Below, piece by piece: positions 7,062-14,576 of a stretch of DNA of 32,000 nt (its first letter is position 1; every line of letters begins with the position of its first letter). A program made the position numbers and the translations under genes. The notes under the pieces were generated by a model. It saw only the letters and a list, made by a program, of their open reading frames with translations. It was not told where the DNA came from and ran no database searches. Location of the stretch: assembly GCF_001458695.1 (NCBI RefSeq), contig NZ_LN885086.1:1950001-1982000 (forward strand), read 5' to 3'. The DNA comes from Candidatus Nitrospira inopinata. Its GTDB lineage: Bacteria > Nitrospirota > Nitrospiria > Nitrospirales > Nitrospiraceae.

Positions 7062-9470
7062 TTACCGTGAGGCGATCGACGAAGCGGCCGGTTCCTCGGT
7101 ATCTTCGTGCGCGGACGCGGGCGATTCTTGATCGAACGCCGCGCGAAGGACCTCTTCGATCCGTTCGACCAGGACGAAGGTCAACCCCTCACGGACTTCC
7201 GCCGGGACTTCCTTCAAATCCTTCTCGTTCGCCTTCGGCAGAATGACGCGCGTAATGCCGGCGCGATGGGCCGCCAACACCTTTTCTTTGATGCCGCCGA
7301 CCGGCAGGACCAAACCGCTCAAGCTGATTTCGCCCGTCATGGCCGTGTCGCTCCGGACGGGTTTCCCGACGTAGGCCGAGGCCAGCGCCGTGACCATCGT
7401 CACACCGGCCGACGGTCCGTCTTTGGGAATGGACCCGGACGGCACATGGATATGGATGCCGTTGCGCTTGAAGCGGGAGATGTCGAGTCCCATGCTTTCG
7501 GCGTGCGACCAGAGATAGCTCCGCGCGGCTCGAGCCGACTCCTGCATGATGTCGCCCAGTTGGCCGGTCAGCGTCAGATCATGGTTGCCCGGCAAGAGCA
7601 TTGATTCGACGTAGAGGACGTCGCCGCCCGTGGGAGTCCAGGCCAACCCCGTCGCCACGCCGGGCGGCAGATTTTTTCGGGCTTCTTCGGGGATGAACCG
7701 TTCGGCGCCGAGCCAATCCCCCAGCGCGGCGGCTTGGATGACGACGGGCGTTCGCTCCCGACCTTCCGGCAATTCGGCGAAGGTCAGCGCGATTTTTCTC
7801 GTCAGCCGGCCCAACATCTGTTCAAGCTGACGCACGCCCGCTTCTCTCGTGTACCGGGTGATGATCAGGGTGAGCGCCTCGTCCGACAGGACGGCCTGGT
7901 GCGGCTCGATACCGGCTTCCTTCAGCCGGCGAGGCCACAGATACCGCCGGGCGATTTCCGCCTTTTCACGCTCGCTGTAGCCTTGCAGGCGGATGACTTC
8001 CATGCGGTCCAGCAACGGCTGACTGATCGTGTCAAGCGTATTGGCCGTCGTAATGAAAAAGACCTTCGATAAATCGAAGGGAAGATCCAGATAGTGGTCG
8101 CGGAACGTATGGTTCTGCGCCGGGTCCAGAATTTCCAGCAGAGCGGACGCGGGATCGCCGCGGAAATCGCGCCCCAGCTTGTCCACCTCGTCGAGCATCA
8201 ACACAGGGTTGTTGACACCGGCTCGACGGACGGCTTGGATGATGCGGCCAGGCAGGGCTCCGACGTAAGTGCGGCGGTGGCCCCGCAGCTCCGCTTCGTC
8301 GTGGACGCCGCCCAAGCTGAATCGCTCGAAGGTTCGTCCCATGGCCCGCGCGATCGACTGGCCCAAACTGGTCTTCCCGACGCCCGGAGGGCCGACCAAG
8401 CAGAGGATGGGGGCCTTCGCCGAGGGGTTCAGCTTGAGGACGGCCAGATGTTCGACGATGCGGTCTTTGACTTCCTTGATGCCGTAATGATCTTCTTCCA
8501 ATACCGCTCTGACCCGTGAGAGATCGAAACGTTCATCGGACGCCTTCGTCCAGGGCAGTTCGAGTACAAGTTCCAAATAGGCCCGCAGGACTTGATGGTC
8601 CGGCGAGGAGGGCGGGACCTTGGCCAAGCGATTCAACTCGCGCTCGACTTCCTTGCGCACGTGATCGGGAAGATCGGCTTCCGACACCTGCTTTTTGAGG
8701 GCCGAGATCTCGCCGTCTTCGCCCTCGCTTTCGCCGAGTTCCTGCTGGATCGCCTTGAGCTGTTCGCGCAGAATATATTCCCGCTGGCTCTTGGAGATTT
8801 TCTTCTGGGCGTCGTTGGCGATTTTGTCGCGAAGCTGGAGAATTTGGATTTCCTTCGAGAGCGCGGCGTAAAGGCCGCGGAGCAAGTCGACGGCGGAGGA
8901 ACACTCCAGCAGCGTTTGCTCTTCCGCTACCGTCAAATTGACCAGCGAGGTGATGCGATAGGCCAAGGCGACCGGATCGGATTCGTCGACCAAGGCGGCG
9001 CTGATCTCTTGGATGCCCGGAGATTGAATCGATCGCGAGAGATCGGACAGCAGTTCCTTAATCGCGCGATGGATGGCCTGTGCCTCGGTTGCCGTCGAGT
9101 CCGACGGGTGTTCGAGCAACCGCGCCCGCACCTTGAGGTACGGGGTCTTCTGTTCTTCTTTGATCAGCACGACACGATCCAATCCTTGCACCAGGACGTG
9201 CAGGCCGCCCTCGGAGGACTGACCGATCTGTTTGATGATCGCTTTGGTGCCGATGGTGTAGAGATCGGCCAAGCCGGGCTCTTCGGTCTGGGGGTGGCGC
9301 TGGGCGACGACTAAGATCGTTTTGTCCTCGGTCTTCATCGCCGCGTGAACCGCCGCGACCGAGCGTTCACGTCCGACGGTCAGCGGCATCATGACGCCGG
9401 GAAAGAGGACCGTCCGTTTGATCGGGAGTACAGGCAGAATCGTTAAGACGTTGTTTTCCACGGGATTCAT
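7062..9470 (-). CDS. lon: ATP-dependent Lon protease (endopeptidase La), 802 aa
   Basis: The N-terminal LON domain begins LPVLPIKRTVLFPGVMMPL. Walker A is GPPGVGKTSLGQSIA. The catalytic Ser motif is PKDGPSAGVTMVTALAS. The protein is full length. Confidence 0.97.
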   Translation of the reverse strand: MNPVENNVLTILPVLPIKRTVLFPGVMMPLTVGRERSVAAVHAAMKTEDKTILVVAQRHPQTEEPGLADLYTIGTKAIIKQIGQSSEGGLHVLVQGLDRVVLIKEEQKTPYLKVRARLLEHPSDSTATEAQAIHRAIKELLSDLSRSIQSPGIQEISAALVDESDPVALAYRITSLVNLTVAEEQTLLECSSAVDLLRGLYAALSKEIQILQLRDKIANDAQKKISKSQREYILREQLKAIQQELGESEGEDGEISALKKQVSEADLPDHVRKEVERELNRLAKVPPSSPDHQVLRAYLELVLELPWTKASDERFDLSRVRAVLEEDHYGIKEVKDRIVEHLAVLKLNPSAKAPILCLVGPPGVGKTSLGQSIARAMGRTFERFSLGGVHDEAELRGHRRTYVGALPGRIIQAVRRAGVNNPVLMLDEVDKLGRDFRGDPASALLEILDPAQNHTFRDHYLDLPFDLSKVFFITTANTLDTISQPLLDRMEVIRLQGYSEREKAEIARRYLWPRRLKEAGIEPHQAVLSDEALTLIITRYTREAGVRQLEQMLGRLTRKIALTFAELPEGRERTPVVIQAAALGDWLGAERFIPEEARKNLPPGVATGLAWTPTGGDVLYVESMLLPGNHDLTLTGQLGDIMQESARAARSYLWSHAESMGLDISRFKRNGIHIHVPSGSIPKDGPSAGVTMVTALASAYVGKPVRSDTAMTGEISLSGLVLPVGGIKEKVLAAHRAGITRVILPKANEKDLKEVPAEVREGLTFVLVERIEEVLRAAFDQESPASAHEDTEEPAASSIASR

Positions 9471-9518
9471 CCTTTTGTCACGTGTCGAGAGGCCGGTTTG
9501 GCCTGTCTCTTTATGGTT

Positions 9519-9527
9519 ATTTTATCA
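9519..9527 (-). promoter_or_regulatory. Candidate extended -10 element (TGATAAAAT) for lon
   Basis: The rc of 9519-9527 reads TGATAAAAT, about 50 nt upstream of the lon ATG. I see no good -35. An imperfect hairpin, GAGAGGCC..GGCCTgTCTC (9487-9509), would sit in the leader. Confidence 0.3.
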
Positions 9528-9589
9528 ACAGTGATAGGTTCATTGGGTGAGAAGTCAAGAGACGGAGCGTCTGAGAGGCAAACGGAAAT

Positions 9590-9622
9590 GAGGGGGGAAA
9601 AGGGGGAAGGGATGAGGGGGAG
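9590..9622. repeat. G-tract element, copy 1 (GGGGGG-AAAA-GGGGG-AA-GGG-ATGA-GGGGG-AG)
   Basis: Positions 9602-9622 (gggggaagggatgagggggag) match 19572-19591 (gggggaagggtgagggggag) apart from a single 1-nt indel. It lies in the lon/Nudix divergent intergenic region. Confidence 0.7.
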
Positions 9623-9791
9623 CCGCATTAGTGCAAAGCAGGCGGGGTTTGTGCTATCCATCGTCTAGGGGTCGGTTGGAGACTTTCTGTTTGCGGCGGG
9701 ATCGTTCGTTAACCGGATCGGTCTGTCGGGCTGATCGGTTCGCCTCGCCCACGGTCGGTCGCTCTCATGGGGCGGGGGTTCATTGCAGCCT

Positions 9792-10334
9792 ATGAACTAT
9801 TGTAGCCATTGCGGCGCTCCGGTCGTTCAAAAGATTCCTCCGGGAGACAACCTGCCCCGGCACGTGTGCAACCAGTGCGAACAGGTTCATTACCACAACC
9901 CTAAAATCGTGGCCGGGTGCATTCCCGAATGGGAAGACCGAATCCTCTTGTGCCGTCGGGCCATCGAGCCTCGGCTTGGGTTGTGGACGTTTCCGGCCGG
10001 CTTCATGGAGTTGGGGGAAAGCACCGAGGAGGCCGCGGTTCGAGAGACCAAGGAAGAGGCGCAGGCGGACGTCAAGATCACGGGACTGTACGCGGTACTC
10101 AGTCTTCCCCACATCGGGCAGGTCTATCTGGTCTTTCGCGGGCGCATGTTGAGCCCTTCTTGCGAGCCGGGGGCGGAGAGTTTGGACGTGCGGCTTTTCC
10201 CCTTGGCCGAGATTCCGTGGGAGGAGATCGCCTTCCCGGTGGTGCGCGAAACCCTTCGGCGCTACGTCGAGGACGCGGCGAGCGGGCGATTTCAATTACA
10301 CCTTGCCAGCCTTCAAGATCGCTTTCCTCTGTAG
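9792..10334 (+). CDS. NUDIX hydrolase with N-terminal zinc ribbon
   Basis: The zinc ribbon is CSHCG...18 aa...CNQC. The Nudix box is GFMELGESTEEAAVRETKEEAQA. I prefer ATG 9792 over TTG 9783. Confidence 0.85.
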   Translation: MNYCSHCGAPVVQKIPPGDNLPRHVCNQCEQVHYHNPKIVAGCIPEWEDRILLCRRAIEPRLGLWTFPAGFMELGESTEEAAVRETKEEAQADVKITGLYAVLSLPHIGQVYLVFRGRMLSPSCEPGAESLDVRLFPLAEIPWEEIAFPVVRETLRRYVEDAASGRFQLHLASLQDRFPL

Positions 10335-10348
10335 GAGTGCGAACGGCG

Positions 10349-10690
10349 TCAACCGGGTGGAAGGTCTCTCCGGTGGCTTGAGAGTCGTTCAAGAAGTCGG
10401 TTCAGCCGTTCTTGTTGGGGCGGCGCCACGGTGAGAAACTCCAATCCGATCCCGCAGCTTCCCGTCCATCGAACCGTTGCGTTCCCGATCATGATCGGCG
10501 CGGATTCGCCGGGCGGCTGCAGGTGCAGTTCCACCTGCATGCCGGTAAATGGGCGGATGACGCTCTCGATCCGGCATCCTCGTTGAGACAGATCTTTGAC
10601 CGTTCCGGTGTAGCGGAGCCTCTCCCGCTGGGCATGCACAAGGGTGACGGGAATCGCGACGGGAAACCGGTGATGCCTACGAACCATCAT
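10349..10690 (-). CDS. PilZ domain protein (c-di-GMP receptor-like), 113 aa
   Basis: RRHHR (RxxxR) lies at the N-terminus and DLSQRG (D/NxSxxG) about 25 aa later. The protein is single-domain in size. Confidence 0.8.
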   Translation of the reverse strand: MMVRRHHRFPVAIPVTLVHAQRERLRYTGTVKDLSQRGCRIESVIRPFTGMQVELHLQPPGESAPIMIGNATVRWTGSCGIGLEFLTVAPPQQERLNRLLERLSSHRRDLPPG

Positions 10691-10875
10691 CTGACGCGCT
10701 CGACGCTCTTTTCAGACGGCGTGGAAGAGTCACGTTGCCGCCGGTGCAGACTTTCTTGAGGCAGGCTATGGGCGTGTCACGATCTTGTCAATCAAAACGG
10801 AGATCTCAGCCGCCGTCGGAAGGAGGAGAAAATCGAGCGGACGATGCGTTCAAGGAAGGGACGGGCCGGTTATGT

Positions 10876-11337
10876 TCAGCGGAGCCAGTACCACGAACGA
10901 TAGTATCGAGGGCCCCACCAGGGTCTGTAGGAATAGGGCGGACCAAAGGCCCATGAATGGCCGAGAGAGAGCCAGAATCCCGCATGGGGCTGGAAGGTCA
11001 CAAACGGAAGGGGTGGATAAAGAATGGGAGCAAATTGGACGGTGGGACGATCGGCAACCTGTCGTTGCAAGGCTTCCGTCGCGGCCTCCTGTCGGTCTAC
11101 TTGTGCCTTGAGCCGGCTTACGGTGTTTTGGTGCGCGCGCAGTTGGTCTTCAAGCTGCGCGATCTTTTCGCGCTGAAGCTCATTCAACGTGTTGATACAT
11201 CTGGTCTGGGCAATCCCCGTGTAGGAGGAACACTCCCACGGTATCGAGAGGGACTCGGCGGAGGAAGGTTGGGCCGGTATCAAGAAAAGCATCGCGATCC
11301 AGCCGATTGTCAGTGCCGCCCGCGGGTTCTTTCTCAT
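10876..11337 (-). CDS. Secreted hypothetical protein with a coiled-coil middle and a Trp/Tyr/Pro-rich C-terminus
   Basis: Taken from ORF 10876..11397. The start is set at MRKNPRAALTIGWIAMLFLIPAQPSSAES, which reads as a signal peptide. The coiled-coil segment is LNELQREKIAQLEDQLRAHQNTVSRLKAQVDRQEAATEALQRQ. Confidence 0.6.
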   Translation of the reverse strand: MRKNPRAALTIGWIAMLFLIPAQPSSAESLSIPWECSSYTGIAQTRCINTLNELQREKIAQLEDQLRAHQNTVSRLKAQVDRQEAATEALQRQVADRPTVQFAPILYPPLPFVTFQPHAGFWLSLGHSWAFGPPYSYRPWWGPRYYRSWYWLR

Positions 11338-11494
11338 AAGGTTGAGAGTCTCGACCTTCAATTTGTATGTCTTATATATCGTATCACACCATACCACGAG
11401 AAAGGGCCGTTGAACAGGTCGATGGTTTGATTTTGGAGACCCCGGTCCCTAGAATGCCGGCTTGCAATGCCGGTTTGTCTGGAGGGACGATGGG

Positions 11495-12223
11495 GTGAAG
11501 GCTCGACGGGGGACTCCGAAAAATCGGTCGGGGAAGGGAAATCGCGGCTATGGGACGACGCTCGACTCGTCAACCAAGCGCCGGTTTCAGCAGCGTCTCC
11601 TAAAATGGTATCGGGAACATGGTCGTGATCTGCCGTGGCGAAAAACGTCGGATCCCTACCACATTCTCGTGTCCGAAGTGATGTTGCAGCAAACGCAGGT
11701 GGACCGCGTCATCCCCAAATATCATGAATTTTTGGAGCGTTATCCGAGTTTGGAAGATCTGGCGGAAGCGCCGGTGTCAGAGGTGAAAAAGACCTGGTAC
11801 CCGCTGGGGTACAATGTTCGGCCCGAGCGGCTGCATAGCATCGCGTGTGAAACGGTTGAAAAGTATGGGGGAAAGTTGCCTTCGGACGCGGAGGCCCTGC
11901 TGTCTTTCAAGGGCATCGGGCGATATACCGCTGGCGCGATCCGCTCGTTCGCGTTCAACGAGGACGCGCCGATCCTGGACACAAACGTCAGTCGGGTGCT
12001 TCATCGGGTGTTTGTGGCCGAGGGAGATCCCAAGGCGCAGAAGTCGAAATTGTGGGAGTTGTCCGAAGCCTTGATTCCTCGGGGCAGGGGCTATGATTTC
12101 AACCAAGCCATCATGGATTTCGGGGCGATGGTCTGCACGGCCCGGGATCCCTATTGTCTGCTCTGTCCGATGAAGTCGTTCTGTAAGACGTATCCGTTCG
12201 GCTCCAAAGCCTCCGGTGATTGA
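11495..12223 (+). CDS. mutY: A/G-specific adenine DNA glycosylase, MutY catalytic (HhH-GPD + 4Fe-4S) domain only
   Basis: Motifs present are LPWRKTSDPYHILVSEVMLQQTQV, FKGIGRYTAGAIRSFAF, ILDTNVSRVL and the cluster loop CTARDPYCLLCPMKSFC. I prefer GTG 11495 (GGAGGGA at 11481-11487) over TTG 11462. The protein ends about 25 aa after the Fe-S loop, so it has no MutT-like C-terminal domain. Confidence 0.85.
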   Translation: MKARRGTPKNRSGKGNRGYGTTLDSSTKRRFQQRLLKWYREHGRDLPWRKTSDPYHILVSEVMLQQTQVDRVIPKYHEFLERYPSLEDLAEAPVSEVKKTWYPLGYNVRPERLHSIACETVEKYGGKLPSDAEALLSFKGIGRYTAGAIRSFAFNEDAPILDTNVSRVLHRVFVAEGDPKAQKSKLWELSEALIPRGRGYDFNQAIMDFGAMVCTARDPYCLLCPMKSFCKTYPFGSKASGD

Positions 12224-12232
12224 GAATCGACC

Positions 12233-12643
12233 ATGAAGATGATCGAGGTGGCGGCCGGGCTCATCCGCCGAAACGGGCGATACTTGATTGCTCGGCGGAA
12301 GTCCGGCACCCATCTGGCCGGGTTTTGGGAATTCCCGGGCGGCAAGCGAGAAGCGGGCGAATCGTTGACGGAATGTCTGCAACGGGAACTGTTTGAAGAA
12401 TTGGGGATCCGAATCGACCTGCCGATCCCGTATCAAATCATCAGGCACGACTATCCTGAAAGAATCGTGGAGCTGCATTTTTTCCGCTGCGCCATCGAAG
12501 AGGGAGAGCCGACGGCCATAGAGTGCGAGGAGATTCGATGGGTGCGACCCGACGAATTGGCCGCGTTTGAGTTCCCCCCGGCCGACCGCCCGATCGTCAA
12601 GGCCTTGCAGCGCGACGACGAGGAAGGAAGGGGTGGGCGATGA
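12233..12643 (+). CDS. mutT: 8-oxo-dGTP diphosphatase / (d)NTP pyrophosphohydrolase MutT
   Basis: The Nudix box is intact: GKREAGESLTECLQRELFEELGI. WEFPGGK and the 136-aa size are typical of MutT. Confidence 0.85.
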   Translation: MKMIEVAAGLIRRNGRYLIARRKSGTHLAGFWEFPGGKREAGESLTECLQRELFEELGIRIDLPIPYQIIRHDYPERIVELHFFRCAIEEGEPTAIECEEIRWVRPDELAAFEFPPADRPIVKALQRDDEEGRGGR

Positions 12644-13356
12644 AGATCGTACTCGACATTGAAACCGTTCAGGCCCCTCGCGAGGAATGGGCTCGCATTA
12701 TAGGAAAGCCCCCGCAAAGCCAGGAAGACTTTGGGTTTGAACCGAGCGGCGATCTTTTTACGGCGGGGGCCGCCGAGGAGCGACGAAGGGCGGAGGACGA
12801 GCTGTACGCCAAGTCGGCGTTCGACGGCACCTTCAGTCGGGTGGTGTGCATCGGATTGTTGGAGTTCTCCGACCAGATGGAGGCCAGGGGCGCCGTCGCC
12901 TGGTACGGTCAAAACGAGCGGGAGTTGCTCAGCCGGTTCTGGGCGCGCCTCGCTCAGATTCGGCCCACGCTGTTTATCACACACAACGGCCTGGGATTCG
13001 ATTTTCCCTTCCTCAAGAAGCGATCGATCATCCATCAAGTCAAGCCGAGCATAGAGATCAATTTGGCCAAATTCAGGACGGAACCGATCTACGACACTAT
13101 GGCGATATGGAGCAACTGGGATACGAGGGGCTGGATCAAGTTGGACGTGCTGGCCCGCGCCTTACAGGTTGAAACCAAATCGGGGAGCGGGGAACAGGTG
13201 GCCGAGATGTGGGAAAAGGGTCAAGGGCCGGAGCTCGCCCGCTATTGTTTGCAGGATACCTACGTGACCTATGCCTGTTATTGTCGCATGAATTTCAAAC
13301 AGCCCCTGTCTCGAGAGGTGGTGCTACTGCAGCCTGAGTTGTTGGAGGTGAACTGA
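12640..13356 (+). CDS. RNase H-like 3'-5' exonuclease (PolB-exonuclease-like DEDD fold)
   Basis: ATGA overlap with mutT. ExoI is LDIET. HNGLGFDFPFL and YCLQDTY provide the ExoII/III-like acidic and Tyr motifs. Confidence 0.7.
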   Translation: MKIVLDIETVQAPREEWARIIGKPPQSQEDFGFEPSGDLFTAGAAEERRRAEDELYAKSAFDGTFSRVVCIGLLEFSDQMEARGAVAWYGQNERELLSRFWARLAQIRPTLFITHNGLGFDFPFLKKRSIIHQVKPSIEINLAKFRTEPIYDTMAIWSNWDTRGWIKLDVLARALQVETKSGSGEQVAEMWEKGQGPELARYCLQDTYVTYACYCRMNFKQPLSREVVLLQPELLEVN

Positions 13357-13980
13357 TGTCCCGTGCGGGGCGTCGCCGACAAGACGCCGGAGATTGATCA
13401 CCGCCGTTTGGGTTCCAGGCATCCAATTCGCCGTATAGGCCGGCGCCCTTTCGATCCGGGCCGCCACGCGCGGCCGAAATCCCAAGAATCTCTTTGATCT
13501 CCTTCCGCCCGTGGTTGAAACGGTGACGTGGAGGGAATCATGGTACCAATAGATGATGCCCGCAGCGGGTTCAGCGCCTGACCCTGCCGGTGGGGACACC
13601 GTGAAACCGACCAGTTGATTCGGTTTCGCTTGCGATAAACCGTCGGCTAGCAGGGGAGCTAGAAACTCGGCGTCCTCATCGCTGAATACTCTCATCGGCT
13701 TGCCGCCATCTACGGGCATATTCGCGGATGAATCGGTCACGTCCTCGGCCATGAGGCCTCGGATGACGGTCAAAAGCGTCGCCTGATCGATGACCGCCGG
13801 ATGATCGGCGGTAAAAGATCGGTCGATGATCGGTTTGAGATAGACCGTTCCCTTGGTGCTCTTGTGGGTGACTGGTTCTCCGTAACCGATGGAGAAAGCG
13901 GAGCACCCGGTCGCCAGAAAACTCAAGAACAGTGAGAATCCGGCGACGGAGCACGCGGGAACGTTCGACAAAACGGGCAT
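13324..13980 (-). CDS. Putative lipoprotein, hypothetical
   Basis: The N-terminus is hydrophobic and ends in the lipobox-like FLATGC. The start is ambiguous (TTG 13995, GTG 13989 or ATG 13980). Its 3' end overlaps the convergent exonuclease gene by 33 nt. Confidence 0.6.
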   Translation of the reverse strand: MPVLSNVPACSVAGFSLFLSFLATGCSAFSIGYGEPVTHKSTKGTVYLKPIIDRSFTADHPAVIDQATLLTVIRGLMAEDVTDSSANMPVDGGKPMRVFSDEDAEFLAPLLADGLSQAKPNQLVGFTVSPPAGSGAEPAAGIIYWYHDSLHVTVSTTGGRRSKRFLGFRPRVAARIERAPAYTANWMPGTQTAVINLRRLVGDAPHGTSVHLQQLRLQ

Positions 13981-13996
13981 GAGCGTCACAATCAAC

Positions 13997-14080
13997 CTAC
14001 CAAATACCTAAACCCATGAGAATCATACCGAGCGCAAGCCACCCCACCACACCCAGTGAAATGATCGATTCGACCGACAT
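13997..14080 (-). CDS. Possible 27-aa single-TM peptide (MSVESIISLGVVGWLALGMILMGLGIW)
   Basis: AAGGAG lies 8 nt upstream of ATG 14080. The stop is 1-16 nt before the lipoprotein start. The peptide is entirely hydrophobic. There is no other support. Confidence 0.3.
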   Translation of the reverse strand: MSVESIISLGVVGWLALGMILMGLGIW

Positions 14081-14576
14081 TCCAACAAGCTCCTTGCAAA
14101 GAGAAAGAAGAGAGCCACTTTTTGAACATCCATAATTACGGAAAAAATCGGGCATCTCTTGAGCCTCCCAAGAAGTTTGGATGTAAGCCAAGCAAATGTT
14201 ATACCGACTCGGTCATTAGCGATGCCACCACCTAGAGCTGCCGTGCTAAAAGTCTTGCTTAGATAAGCGTATCGGTCTGATGGACTATTTTGCCCGCTCG
14301 CCCGTCGAGGCAGGGGGATGTCGAGAGGGGAATGATAAAGAGCGCGCGTCAATCTCCTTGATTTAGGGGACGTGACACCGTCAATAACGTGACGACCCAA
14401 AGAGGGAACCATATGAAGGATGGAGAGTAAAAAGAGAACAGAAGAGGTGGCATGAGGAGAACAAAGTTGTCCACGAGCGAAGGGTGATCGGTACAGAAAA
14501 TGATCGTTAAGGCCGGCTCATGATCGGTGGGGTCGGGAATGCTCCGAACCGATCGGGACAAGAGAGAGAAGCGTTC

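Noticed and set aside
9530-9559. Sigma70/sigma32-type promoter for lon using TTGACT (rc of 9553-9558)
   Set aside because: The hexamer 17 nt downstream is ATCACT (2/6 to TATAAT), and the sigma32 -10 match (CCTATCAC against CCCCATNT) is poor. I kept only the extended -10 candidate, at low confidence.
9628-9657. CIRCE-like heat-shock operator upstream of lon (TTAGTGCA...TGTGCTAT)
   Set aside because: The two halves are not reverse complements (about 5/8), and the sequence departs from TTAGCACTC-N9-GAGTGCTAA in both sequence and spacing.
14023-14561. ORFs 14023-14412(-) and 14349-14561(-) as protein genes in the AT-rich spacer
   Set aside because: The compositions are implausible, there is no RBS, and the ORFs overlap each other. 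I treat the region as non-coding apart from the tentative 27-aa sORF.
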